Assembly (NCBI GenBank): GCA_951406725.2
Contig: OX597820.1
Location: 25,606,001 to 25,670,000, forward strand
DNA from: Octopus vulgaris
Lineage: Eukaryota
Reading direction: 5' to 3'
DNA length: 64,000 nucleotides
Shown: piece by piece, positions 52,871 to 64,000 of the stretch
Layout: each line of letters begins with the position of its first letter
Numbering within the stretch: the stretch's first letter is position 1
Notes under the pieces: model-generated
Told to the model about the DNA's origin: nothing
The model's input: only the letters and a program-made list of their open reading frames with translations
The model's database searches: none
Position numbers and translations under genes: made by a program

Positions 52871-53318
52871 CAAGCAAAATGCCCCCCGTCCAATGGACGG
52901 TGCTGAGTTGTCAAACATTTAAACCAATTTTTTTTTAAAAACAACTTGTCTGACCGTCCCATAGGCCTCCCCTTTCAGAAACAATGATTTAACTTAAATT
53001 TGAGACACCAGCAACAGAAGAAATAAAGATAGACATTTTTTCTTTTCCAAAGAATAACGATTTTATTCAGACAAATATGCAACCGAAGAGTTTAAAGTAC
53101 CAGTAAGTACAGCACAACAGCTGATGTACTTGCACGTACAAATGCACGTTCCCATGGCTTTATCGACCACATTCTCAACTGGAATTGATTTAAAAAATTT
53201 TTTCAAGACTTATACACGCCCTGATACCGTCAGTATCTACATACCAAATTTGAGCGGAATCGGATGGAGGATGCCCGAGATCCTAGAAGACACACACACA
53301 GACAGAACGGATTTTATA
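52871..53318 (-). mobile_element. Non-autonomous Helitron-like element
   Basis: On - it starts TATATAAAATCCGTTCTGTCTGTGTG and ends with hairpin CCGTCCA-T-TGGACGG then CTTG|T, inside (TA)n. Confidence 0.6.
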
Positions 53319-54019
53319 TATATATCTTTGGGGAGGGGGATCTCTGTGTCTGTGCGTGTCCCCAACCTTGCTTGACAACCAGTGTTGGTGTGTTTACAGC
53401 TTCCATAACTTAATAGTTTGGCAAAAGAGACCCATAGAATAAATACCAGGCTTAAAAGATAAAGTACTAGGGTTGGTTCATTCGACTAAAAAATTCTTCA
53501 AGACAGTGCCCCAGCATGGCCAAGATAACTTATGTTGATATACAATTAGTGTTTTGTCTGATGGCTTATTCAACCAGTCTGGCTAAATAAGCCATCAGGC
53601 AAACATAGAATCCTAACCAATATGAATTTTATATGAAAGGATACATATTTACAAATATTACATACTTAAGGCCCATTTTCTTCATAAGGAACCACTGTTT
53701 TTATAATAGCTTGTTCCACGATTAACCTTTTAGCATTCAGATAACTCTTTCAAATGTAATGTTTATTTATTCACATTGTTTTGAATTAATTATGCATCAT
53801 CTCACAGCTTCGAGATTTTGATGATGTAACTGTTTATTTTTAGAATGACATTGTAGGCTAAGTGTGAGAGGCTGGATCTGGCCAGTTTGAACATAAAACA
53901 GGTAGAATATTTAGGCCTCATATGGCTGGTTTAAATTCTAAATGGTTAATGATGGTCCTCTCTCAATCTTTTATTCATAAAATAATGTATCACAGATGGC
54001 ATTTTTTTTATATGACAAT

Positions 54020-54189
54020 AGGCATAGGAGTGGCTGTGTGGTAAGTAGCTTGCTTACAAACCACATGGTTCCGGGTTCAGTCCCACTGCGTGGCCTCTTG
54101 GGCAAGTATCTTCTACAATAACCTCAGGTTGACCGAAGCCTTATGAGTGGATTTGGTAGACGGAAACTGAAAGAAGCCCGTCGTATATA

Positions 54190-54240
<51 letters not shown>

Positions 54241-54480
54241 ATATATATATGTATGTGTGTGTATTTGTTTGTGTGTCTGTGTTTGTTCCCCCAATGTCGC
54301 TTGACAACCGATGCTGGTGTGTTTACGTCCCTGTAACTTAGCGGTTCGGTAAAAGAGACCGATAGAATAAGTACTAAGGTTACAAAGAATAAGTCCTGGG
54401 GTCGATTTGCTCGATCGACTAAAGGCAGTGCTCCAGCATGGCCACAGTCAAATGACTGAAACAAGTAAAAGAGTAAAGAG
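54020..54480 (+). mobile_element. tRNA-derived CORE-like SINE family B with internal (TA)n/(TG)n
   Basis: GTGGCTGTGTGGTAAG...GGTTCAGTCCCAC...TTGGGCAAGT...AAACAAGTAAAAGAG. Full copies at 9805-10210(-), 40960-41375 and 56815-57200, plus many partial copies. Confidence 0.9.
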
Positions 54481-55275
54481 TAATAGAGCTTGATTTGATA
54501 AAGATATGGCTAATATTTTAGCAAGCCACAAAACCATGTAAAGCCTCCCTTGATAGCTTGTTTTCTATAACATTATGACAAAGATGTACAACAGCTTTTA
54601 TTAAAACATGATGCTATGTGACTTCAAAATTCTCTATTCAAATGGACTTTCAGATATTCTGACTCAGTGCACCTATCCATTGAGTTGTGATCCTTAATCA
54701 GGGCGGCCCTGCTTGCAACAGCTTCGATTCTCATTTACATGTGAATGGTTAATAGCAAAGAGTGTATTCATGCATGTATAAAAATTGGTGTTCAAATACA
54801 ACCAAATTTTAGAAACCCCAAAAAAAAAAAAACCTTTTCCATTTATAATAAATTTATAAGCACTGTGTAACAAACTAGCTACTCACTGGAATTGTTAGTC
54901 AACATAATATACCTGCTGAACCAAAGACTATCACACCTAGTTTCAATAATATATATGAAAATAAAGTGGATGCAGTTTTATTGAACACCTGGAATTAATT
55001 ATTAATATAATTGTTCTGGCTGCATTGATATACTAATATGTCTATTGACGAACAGTCTTTAAAAGAAAATTGCAACTTGTGTTGTAACAGGCATGGCTGT
55101 GTTATTAAGAAGCTTGCTTCCCAACTGCATGGTCTTGAGTTCAGTCCTACTGCATGGCACCTTTGCGAAAATTGTTCTGCTATAGTCCTGGACTGACCAA
55201 AGCATTACGAATGGATTTGGGAGATGGAAACTGAAAGAAGCCCATCGTATGTATGCATATATATATATATATATA

Positions 55276-55485
55276 TATAAGTATAAGGTGTGCTATGAGC
55301 ATTTATAGAACACATATCCAATATAAACTCAACAAACAATTAAAGATGGAGAAGAGATGTTAAAAGTTTTATAAAATGTTTTAAACTTTTAACATCTCTT
55401 CTCCTTCTTTAATTGTTTGTTGAGTTTATATAGGATGTGCGTGCTATGTGTCCTATAAATGCTCATAACACACTTTATACTTGTA
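55276..55485. repeat. ~95-bp imperfect inverted repeat
   Basis: 55276-55369 pairs with ~55383-55485. Confidence 0.88.
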
Positions 55486-55604
55486 ACATCTTCATATTTT
55501 TTTAAATACTTACAATAGTAAGCTACAAATTTAATATGAAAAATCTTTATTAGAAATCTAATAAAAAGTAAAAGGATGAAATTGAACTCAACCTTTCTCA
55601 TATA

Positions 55605-56110
55605 TCATCATCATCATCATCATCATCATCGTTTAACGTCCGCTTTCCAAGCTAGCATGGGTTGGACGGTTCAACTGGGGTCTGGCAAGCCAGAAGGCTG
55701 CACCAGGCCAGTCAGATCTGGCAGTGTTTCTACAGCTGGATGCCCTTCCTAATGCCAACCACTCCGAGAGTGTAGTGGGTGATTTTATGTGCCACCGACA
55801 CAGGTGCCAGACGAGGCTGGCAGACGGTCACGCTCGGATGGTGTTTTTTATGTGCCACCTACACAGGTGCCAGACGAGGCTGGCAGACGGCCACGCTCGG
55901 ATGGTGTTTTTTATGTGCCACCGACACAGGTGCCAGACGAGGCTGGCGAACAGCTACGATCGGATGGTGTTTGTTACGTGCCCACAGCACGGAGGCCAGT
56001 CGATGCGGTACTGGCTACGGTCCCGTTCAGATGGTTTTCTTATGTGCCACCGGCACTGGTACCACAAGGATACAAATTCCATTGATGTTCATCTATTTTG
56101 ATTGGTTTGA
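55605..56110 (-). mobile_element. RTE 3'-UTR fragment with internal ~66-bp tandem repeats
   Basis: Reverse complement of ~58210-58568, with an (ATC)n tail and repeated TGTGCCACCGACACAGGTGCCAGACGAGGCTGGC units. Further tails at 59335-59555, ~44785-44880 and ~32950-33100. Confidence 0.85.
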
Positions 56111-56643
56111 TTTGATTCGATATATATAATTTGGGATTTTTTCCAGAAGGTGAAAGTGGTAACAAGAACAGGACAGTGAGAAGAAGACAGTAAAAACAAA
56201 CGGTGAGGGCTGTTAAGCCAAGACGATAGAAAAATTACTATGAACGCTAGGAGGACGAGCTATGAAAGGAGACAGGTATAAGTATGTCTTGTCTTTAGGA
56301 AGGAAATGGACAGAAATAGATAAATAAATAAATAAATATATATATATATTTCTTTATTGCCCACAAGGGGCTAAACATAGAGGGGACAAACAAGGACAGA
56401 CAAACGGATTAAGTCGATTACATCGACTCCAGTGCAAAACTGGTACTTTATTTATCGACCCCGAAAGGATGAAAGGCAAAGTCGACCTCGGCAGAATTTG
56501 AACTCAGAACGTAACGACAGACGAAATACTGCTAAGCATTTCACCCGGCACGCTAATGTTTCTGCCAGCTCGCCGACATACATATATACATACACACACA
56601 GATACAAAATAAAATATATCAAATATAAATTGCAAATATTTAC

Positions 56644-56782
56644 CATTTCCAAAAGCTGAACAGACAGAAGATGCAGCACCACACATATGTCCTGGCACTG
56701 ATTCCAGAGCAGCAACTCCACTAATTGTGAGAGGACCATACACAAAGAAGCCAATAGCAAAACCAACCAGAACAACAAATAT
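56644..56782 (-). CDS. SLC37A4: SLC37A4-like exon E
   Basis: Acceptor ttacag|ATA, donor G|gtaaat. Translates IFVVLVGFAIGFFVYGPLTISGVAALESVPGHMCGAASSVCSAFGN, compare human [40 protein letters not shown]. Confidence 0.92.
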
Positions 56783-57597
56783 CTGTAAGAATAAAACAAA
56801 ATATTAGAATAAATAGGTGCAGGAGTGGCTGTGTGGTAAGGAGCTTGCTAACCAACCACATGGTTCCGGGTTCAGTCCCACTGCGTGGCATCTTGGGCAA
56901 GTGTCTTCTACTATAGCCCTGGGCTGACCAATGCCTTGTGAGTGGATTTGGTAGACGGAAACTGAAAGAAGCCTGTCATATATATGTATATATATATATG
57001 TGTGTGTGTTTGTTCCCCTAGCATTGCTTGACAACCGATGCTGGTGTGTTTACGTCCCCGTCACTTAGCGATTCGGCAAAAGAGGTCGCTAGAATAAGTA
57101 CTGGGCTTACAAAGAATAAGTCCCAGGGTCGATTTGCTCCACTAACGGCGGTGCTCCAGCATGGCCGCAGTCAAATGACTGAAACAAGTAAAAGAGTAAA
57201 ATAATTAAAAGAAAAAAAAACAATCCACAAAACACAAACCCTTCTGTAGTTAGCTTATTGAGTTAGTTGACCCAGGGTTAAACTGCTATTGCTGTTTAAC
57301 CCTAGGTCAACTTCTATTAGGTAGATTTATCATCAAAGCCAATTTATTAATGAATATCTAATCTTTTATTTTTTACTTGTTTCAGTCATTAGACTGTGGC
57401 CATACTGGGGCACCACCCTGAAGAGTTTAGTTGAACAAATCCTAGTCCTTATTTTTAAATCTTGTACTTATTTTATTGGCATCTTTTGCCAAAATGCTAA
57501 GTTATGTGGACATAGACTGATAACAGTTGTTAAGTGGTGGAATGACAAAAATAGAGACACAAACGTGTGTGTGTGCGTGCATATATATATATATATA

Positions 57598-58568
57598 CCT
57601 TCTACCCCTACTGATGACAAAGGGTCTCTCGCTCAGAGTGAAAGGTAGATTGTGCGACGCATGTGTGCGAACTGTCATGCTTCACAGCACTGAAACATGG
57701 GCTGTGACTGCAGAGGACATGCGTAGGCTCGAAAGAAATGAAGCTAGCATGAGCCGCTGGAAGTGTAATGTCAGTGTGCACACACAACAGAGTGTAAGCA
57801 CCCTGAGAGAAATGTTGGACATAAGAAACATCGGATGTGGCATGCAAGAGAGATGTTTGCACTGGTATGGTCATGTACTACAGATGAATGAGGAGAGATG
57901 TGTGAAGTAGTGCCACTCCCAAACAGTTGAAGGAATCCGGGGTAGAGGTAGACCCAGGAAGACATAGGATGAGGTGGTCAAGCATGACCTTCGAACATTG
58001 GTCCTCACAGAGGCAATGACGAAAGACAAGACCTCTGGAGATATGCTGTAACTGCGAAGACCCGACAAATAAAGTGAGTTCATGGTTGTATCCTACACCA
58101 GCTTCACACAACCAGCCCCAGCCCATTCAAATACCTTGGATCGCATGGCCTATAGTGCTTACCTTGGATCGTGGGGCAACCTGCTGTGCTCAAGGAGACC
58201 TATTGAGTCAAGTACATCAACATCAAAATCAAATGGAAATTGTAGTTGTGATACCCGTGCCGGTGACACGTAAAAAGCACCATCCGAATGTGGACGATGC
58301 TAGCACCACCTGGGCTGGCTTCCGTGCCGGTGGCACATAAAAAGCACCAAACGGTCATGGCCATTGCCAGCCTCCTCTGGCCCCTGTGCCGGTGGCATGT
58401 AAAAAGCACCCACTACACTCAGAGTGGTTGGCGTTAGGAAGGGCATCCAGCTGTAGAAACACTTCCAGATCAGACTGGAGACTGGTGCAGCCTCCTGGCT
58501 TCCCAGACCCTGGTTGAACTGTCCCACTCATGCTAGCATGGAAAACGGACATTAAACGATGATGATGA
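57598..58568 (+). mobile_element. RTE-clade LINE 3' end
   Basis: Translates LSLRVKGRLCDACVRTVMLHSTETWAV..RRLERNE..LHWYGHVLQM..EGIRGRGRPRKT, followed by the 3' UTR and a (GAT)n tail. Confidence 0.9.
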
Positions 58569-58692
58569 GCATTAGGATTAGGTTACCTAGTTTACATGGT
58601 GTAAAAGTGACCAAAATTATAACACGCCCTCCTTTCACCACACACTCTGATGCTACCTTATTATGCATGTTAAATAAAACAAGTATATTTAC

Positions 58693-58806
58693 CTCATTAG
58701 AATAATGATGCACGTGATGAACGAAGAGATAGAGGGATAGAGTGACACCAAAACAAAAGTTCCGAGCAACGTTTAGACGGCATTTGACTCTGCTGACAGA
58801 TCCCGG
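58693..58806 (-). CDS. SLC37A4: SLC37A4-like exon D
   Basis: Acceptor tcatag|CCG, donor GAG|gtaaat; 114 nt, phase 0/0. Translates PGSVSRVKCRLNVARNFCFGVTLSLYLFVHHVHHYSNE. Confidence 0.85.
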
Positions 58807-58987
58807 CTATGAGGAAACAAACAAAATAAATAAATGAATAAATAAATAAATACATAAAGGAAATACTTAATTTTATGTTTTCTTTTTAATGGTTAAGAAA
58901 GAAGCAATTCATTGAAATAGAATATTTAAACATTGAGATTTTGTCTAAAAATTAAAAATAGGAAAAGGTGAAAGTAAGTTTGCTCAC

Positions 58988-59073
58988 ACTTATGCTAGCT
59001 TTGTCAGACCAGATTCCAGAGACAATAGAACCTACTATACCGCCAACCTCCATACTGGATGCTATCGTGCTAC
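58988..59073 (-). CDS. SLC37A4: SLC37A4-like exon C
   Basis: Acceptor ttacag|GT, donor AGT|gtgagc. Translates SSTIASSMEVGGIVGSIVSGIWSDKASIS, compare human [24 protein letters not shown] (MFS motif). Confidence 0.92.
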
Positions 59074-60287
59074 CTGTAAATGATTAAAAAAATTAATTAA
59101 TTGTCATGAAAATAAAGAATATTGCCAAAATATTCCAAATTTAGAGTTTGTTGCTGTTTGGCTCTAGGTTAGCCTTGATCTAAAGGTATTCCAGCTACAG
59201 CTGTCCATTTTTTTAAAGATATGATGTATCTAGGACTACAATATTCAATGTGTCCTGACTTGTTGTTTAGCCCCAGGTCAGTCCTGATGCAGTAGGCTTA
59301 TGATTAGAGGCATTCCAACTGTAACCATCCTGTCTCGTTTAACGTCCGCTTTCCATGCTAGCATGGGTTGGACGATTTCACTGAGGACTGGCGAAACAGA
59401 TAGCTGCACCAGACTCCAATCTGATCTGGCAGAGTTTCTACAGCTGGATGCCCTTCCTAATGCCAACCACTCCGAGAGTGTAGTGGGTGCTTTTACGTGT
59501 CACCGGCACGAGGGCCAGTCAGGTGGTACTGACAACAGCCACGCTCAAATGGTGCTTTTTTTTACATTTTTTAAGACAGTAGAGTGTGATTTGAGGGAGT
59601 TGTAAGAGCTATTTCTAGCAGGTTGAATGACTGTATAAGAAGCATTTTTGTTGGTTTGTAATGAATGTTACCACAGGTATGTTCACATGTTCCAATCAGG
59701 ATTTTTACAGGTGGAATGGATGATTGGATAAGATATAGAATTCAAATTTTGGCACAAGACCAGTAATTTTGGGGGAGTGTGTAAGTCGGTTACATCGATC
59801 CCAGTGTTCAACTGGGACTTATTTTATTGACTCCAGCATTCAACTGGTACTTATTTTGTCAACCCTGAAAGGATGAAAGGCAAGTCAACCTTGGCAAAAA
59901 TTGAATGGATAAGATATTGAACTACTAGCTTCTAGAACATAAGTTCATATCACAATTGAATATTTAGTAGTGGCATGACAACCATCCTTGCATAGGTAAT
60001 AAATTCAAAATTATATTTGGCACATTTAAGTTTTGGGATCTGGGTCTTTGCCTAACAGTGAATACAGAGTTCTCTTTGTAACCATGTGGTCTTGAGTTCT
60101 GTATTACTGTGCAGTGGTATCTCAGGTGTTTTCTACTGCAGCTTCAGGCCAACCAATGCCTTTCGAATGGAATTGATAGAAAGACAGTTTGGAAGCCTGT
60201 TGTCATCGTCGCTATTGTTGCCATCATTTTAATGTCCACTTTTCTATGCTTGTATGGGTCAGATGGAACATGATGAAGTAGATTTTA

Positions 60288-60645
60288 TAATAATAATGAA
60301 ATTATTGTATACAGTGCTCAGGTGCACCACAACTTGTCAAAAATTGAACATAAAGTATATGCAGTAATGTACAAATGTCTGGAAAGTGAACAGTGTATGA
60401 ATCAGATACATGCTTGCACGTGTATGGAGGGGAGAAAATCAGGTGTAGTGTTGGCGAATCTCAAGAAGCATGGAAGTTTTGAAGGATGCAGTACTCCAAC
60501 AACTAACAACTGATGCCGGTAGTTTGTTCCATGTTTCTGAAAGTCATGTGAGCTGTGCTGTTTTCTGACTTTGTAAACCTGTCCACGAGTGTTAGACAGG
60601 TGAAGTTTGAAAAGATACTCAGTGTTATTGTTAGTAAGAGGTGCT
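60288..60645 (-). mobile_element. CR1/L2-group LINE 3' fragment (same family)
   Basis: Reverse complement of ~38310-38682, located in an SLC37A4 intron. Confidence 0.85.
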
Positions 60646-60923
60646 CAGTGTTATTGTTTGTAAGTTATTGTTTTAATAATTTTAAATCTGCATTCTGGTG
60701 GTACCTAATCTATTTCTTGTTTCAAAATACACTCCACGAATTTCAATTACATGTGAAATGCTGTTTGAAGAAGAAAATACAACAAAAAAAATAAGGGGCC
60801 TTGGAAAGAAGATGAAAGAAAAAAGAAAAGAAATAATGGGAAAAAGAAACAAAGAGAAAAAAGATGAAGAAAGGGACAAGAGCAGCAGCAGGTAATAAAG
60901 AGGAGAAAACTCTGTCAACTTAC

Positions 60924-61082
60924 TCAGTATGGGACTTAACTGCTTCTCTTCAATCAGATACAAGTGACTCCAGTCCATCATACATGTACGGATACCACAG
61001 AGAATCAAATAGCTTATTCCCAACAGAAAAAGAAATGGATCCAGAAACACAGATGTTACTTGTGAAATGTTAGTCTCATCTT
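60924..61082 (-). CDS. SLC37A4: SLC37A4-like exon B
   Basis: Acceptor aag|AA, donor A|gtaagt. Translates KDETNISQVTSVFLDPFLFLLGISYLILCGIRTCMMDWSHLYLIEEKQLSPIL, compare human [41 protein letters not shown]. Confidence 0.92.
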
Positions 61083-61559
61083 CTTTCGGAAAAGAGGAAG
61101 TAAGAAAAATAAAAAAGGGAAATTATAAAAATAGATTGAATTTGATAGTTGAGTGTGTGCCATCACACTTGATGCAGAAAAATTAATAAAGTAAAAAAAC
61201 AAAAAACAAAACAAAAATGTTACTTGTTACCTTTTATTTCTTTCAGCCATTGGACTGTGGCAATGCGGGGGCATCACCTTGAAGGGTTTTGATGACTAAT
61301 TCAACTACAGTACTTATTTGTTGTGATGGCCCGGCGTCCCATCCAGGTGGGGAACCTATACACCAACGTAACCAGGAAACCGGCCCTTATGAGCCAGGCG
61401 TGGCTCATGAAGGGAAAAACAACTTATTTGTAAGTCTATTACTTATTCTCTCAATCTCTTTTGTCAAGTCGCTATACCATTTGAGGCAGCAATACCATTT
61501 GAGGCAGCAGGGTTTGACTCCTTACCACACCTCTGGAAATAGTCAGAAGTGGTCGTTAA

Positions 61560-62079
61560 ACAATTTTACCAGGCCCAATTCTAGCCTTCTAATTCCCCTG
61601 ATTGTAATCCCATGGAAATGCGAAGAAGATTCATCAACTTGTGCATGAGGATAGACAAAGGACAATCAACAATGTTTTGAAGCATTTGAAGGAAGATAAT
61701 TTGGTGAAAGCAACCAGATCTGTGGAACACAAGAATTGGATTCTTCATGATGACAATGCATCCTGTCATCAAGCTCCCCTCAATAGTGAGCTTCTCACCA
61801 AAAACAACATGGTACCACTTCTGCACCCACCCTATTCGCCAGACCTAGCACCTACGGACTTCCATCTCTTCCCTCGAGATGAAAATGTAGCTCAAAGGTC
61901 ACTGTTTCAACACTGTTGCCACAATCAAGAGCAAATAGCAGAAGGTTCTGCACCCACTTACCGAAAACAACTTCCAGGCCAGATTCCAGAAGTGGCAGGA
62001 ACACTGGGACCAGTGTACCATTTTTGAAGGAGATGACATTAAAACTTAGGTAAATAAGTTATATTTTATTAGACATAAC
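61560..62079 (+). mobile_element. Mariner transposase 3' fragment in SLC37A4 intron
   Basis: Translates WILHDDNASCHQA...LLHPPYSPDLAPTDFHLFP. The right end is interrupted by the MITE at 62082. Confidence 0.85.
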
Positions 62080-62081
62080 TA

Positions 62082-62546
62082 CCGTAAATCCTCGAGTATA
62101 ATCCACACTTTTTTCCCAAAATCCCTTGTACGTACTATATACGAGGTTAAAAATGAAAATTATTTTCTAAGCACTGTCCGAGTCTCTATTTGCTGTCTGG
62201 CAATGTTTATTCAGACGCATTTTGAGATGTCGGGCGTGAAAATACCTTAAATCATCCATAACTTGCAGTTAGCAACATTTATTAGACGTTATTACTGTTA
62301 TTTCTTTATTTTCTGCAAACAAAATGTACAAAAAAGCTACACGTTTGCATTATGTTATATATACAATAATAATAAAGGACGTTACCATATACATTTTTAC
62401 AAACCAAGGACGTTATATAGACCTCCTTGACTCAAGTTAGAGAAGGGGTGCATATCATACACAAGGTTTAGGTTTTTCAGAGGTACAGCCCCCCTAAAAA
62501 TCCCGTGTATTATACTCAAGGGCAGTCTGTACTCGAGGATTTACGG
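62082..62546. mobile_element. Tc1/pogo-type MITE
   Basis: TA|CCGTAAATCCTCGAGTA...TACTCGAGGATTTACGG|TA; second copy at 48818-49328. Confidence 0.85.
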
Positions 62547-62680
62547 TAGTCTGGGAATGTTTTGATACTATCTTCTACATAGGCATATTTATATACACAT
62601 TTATACAAGTGTGTGCATGTTTGTGTATGTGTGTGCTTTCTTTTATTTCCATTCTTAGCAAGATTAAGAAATGTCCTTAC

Positions 62681-62803
62681 TTTTGTTGATGGATTTGTCT
62701 TTGTCACCAGAATGTTCTTCCTGATAGTTTTGCAAACCAAACTGCGATGGATCTTCCTGCAGTGTGACAGTAAATATGACAGCCAGTACCAATGCACTAC
62801 AAG
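62681..62803 (-). CDS. SLC37A4: SLC37A4/G6PT-like glucose-6-phosphate exchanger, exon A (first in window)
   Basis: Acceptor ccttcag|CT, donor A|gtaagg. Translates CSALVLAVIFTVTLQEDPSQFGLQNYQEEHSGDKDKSINK; EDPSQFGL corresponds to human NEPADVGL (human sequence recalled). Confidence 0.8.
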
Positions 62804-63366
62804 CTGAAGGAGAAAAACAAGATGTAAAAAGAAATCATTGAAATATCCAACCCACCCATCCATCAATACACACACACACAATGGGTTTCTTTCAGTTTCT
62901 GACTACCAAATCCACTCACATGGCTTTGGTTAGCCCAAGGCTATTGTAGAAGACACTTGCCCAAGGTGCCACACAGAAGGACTGAACCCAGAACCATGTA
63001 GTTGAAAAGCAAATTTCTTATCCACCACAAAGTCCAGTGTTTGTTGGAGTGTTGGTGAGCTTCAAATGATCTTGTGATTATCCTAGTAAAGCACAAGTTC
63101 CTGGTTGGGCCTCCCATGTTGGACAGGTCAGACAAATATGGACCACTTCTTCCAGGAGGTAAAAATGAAGTTGTGTAGGGTGAACATCACAACCAAGAAA
63201 AAAGCTACAGAAGCATTGATGATAATTCAAGACCAACAAGACCTGAGAAAGGATGGACTTCTCTCTAGGAAAAACTGCCCAGATTTGAGAAACAGTGAAG
63301 CAAAGCCACTGATGGCCTATTGTTCCATAAGGAGCATGGAGCTTCAGTAAATAATAGATTTTAGTG

Positions 63367-63700
63367 AAGGCACATGGTTCAGTGGTTAGAGCATTGGGCT
63401 CACAATCATGAGGTAGTGAGTTCAATTCCCAGACCGGGCTGTGTGTTGTGTTCTTGAGCAAGACACTTTATTTAATGTTGCTCCAGTTCACTCAGCTGTA
63501 GAAATGAGTTGTAACATCACAGGTACCAAGCTGTATCAGCCACTTTGCCTTTCCCTTGATCAACATTGATGGCTGTGAAGAGGGGAGACTGGTATGCATA
63601 GGTGGCTGCTGGTTTTCCATAAACAACCTTGCCTGGACTTGTGCCTAGGAGAACTTTCTAGGTGCAATCCCATGGTCATTCATGACCAAAGGGGGTCCTT
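63367..63700 (+). mobile_element. tRNA-derived SINE family C
   Basis: A box TGGTTCAGTGGTTAGAGC, B box GAGTTCAATTCCC, block TTCTTGAGCAAGACACTT. Copy at 28255-28585, partial at 35320-35500, variant at 16930-17250. Confidence 0.85.
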
Positions 63701-64000
63701 ACCCTTTTTTAATAGATCTTAGTAGCTTTTTTTTGTTGCTATACGATATGACTAAAAGGGATGTCAAGAAAAGGGATTTTGTATAAAAAAAAAAAGACAT
63801 GGAACACGTTACAATACTTGGGAAGAGGTGAGGGTTGGCAACAGGAAGGACATCCAGCAGAAGAAAAACTGCCTCGACAAATTCCATCCAACCCATGCAT
63901 GCATGGAAAAGTGGATGTTAAACAATAATAATGATGATGATTACTTGCAACTAATTTGAACTTATGTCACATGAGTAGTTGTCCAATGCTTTATCCACTT

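Noticed and set aside
55724-56129. Repetitive ORFs and a superficially CRISPR-like repeat
   Set aside because: These are tandem ~66-bp units without unique spacers inside an RTE 3' UTR, in a eukaryotic context with no cas genes.
60682-60923. Extension of ORF 60682-61050 beyond the SLC37A4 exon
   Set aside because: Homology stops at the gtaagt donor (60923); the rest is intronic low-complexity read-through.
63367-63440. tRNA-like sequence (also 28255-28325 and 7165-7237)
   Set aside because: The A/B boxes belong to SINE heads that continue into SINE bodies; there is no complete cloverleaf or acceptor stem.

Overview
This is AT-rich, microsatellite- and SINE-dense eukaryotic DNA, most likely an Octopus (coleoid cephalopod) genome, inferred from the repeat families and not confirmed by a database search. 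It holds the 3' parts of two convergent spliced genes. On +, the last three coding exons of a DHHC palmitoyltransferase of the ZDHHC13/17/Patsas type lie at 7998-10671. On -, the last six coding exons of an SLC37A4/G6PT-like ER sugar-phosphate antiporter lie at 62803-52065. Both exon chains were rebuilt by hand with GT-AG boundaries and consistent phases. The ~41 kb between the genes, and the introns, are filled with tRNA-derived SINEs, RTE and CR1 LINE fragments, decayed mariners, piggyBac-, hAT- and Tc1/pogo-type MITEs, Helitron-like elements and Penelope-like GIY-YIG remnants. The most unusual signals are minimal hammerhead-ribozyme-like motifs and long fold-back elements embedded in (TA)n tracts, including a perfect 140-bp hairpin in the SLC37A4 intron. 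Other notable signals are inverted RTE tails bracketing SLC37A4 exons, a mariner derivative with two left ends, and a His-to-Ser change at a G6PT functional position. Most ORFs in the supplied track are microsatellite or SINE artefacts. Coordinates were counted by hand and repeat boundaries are approximate.
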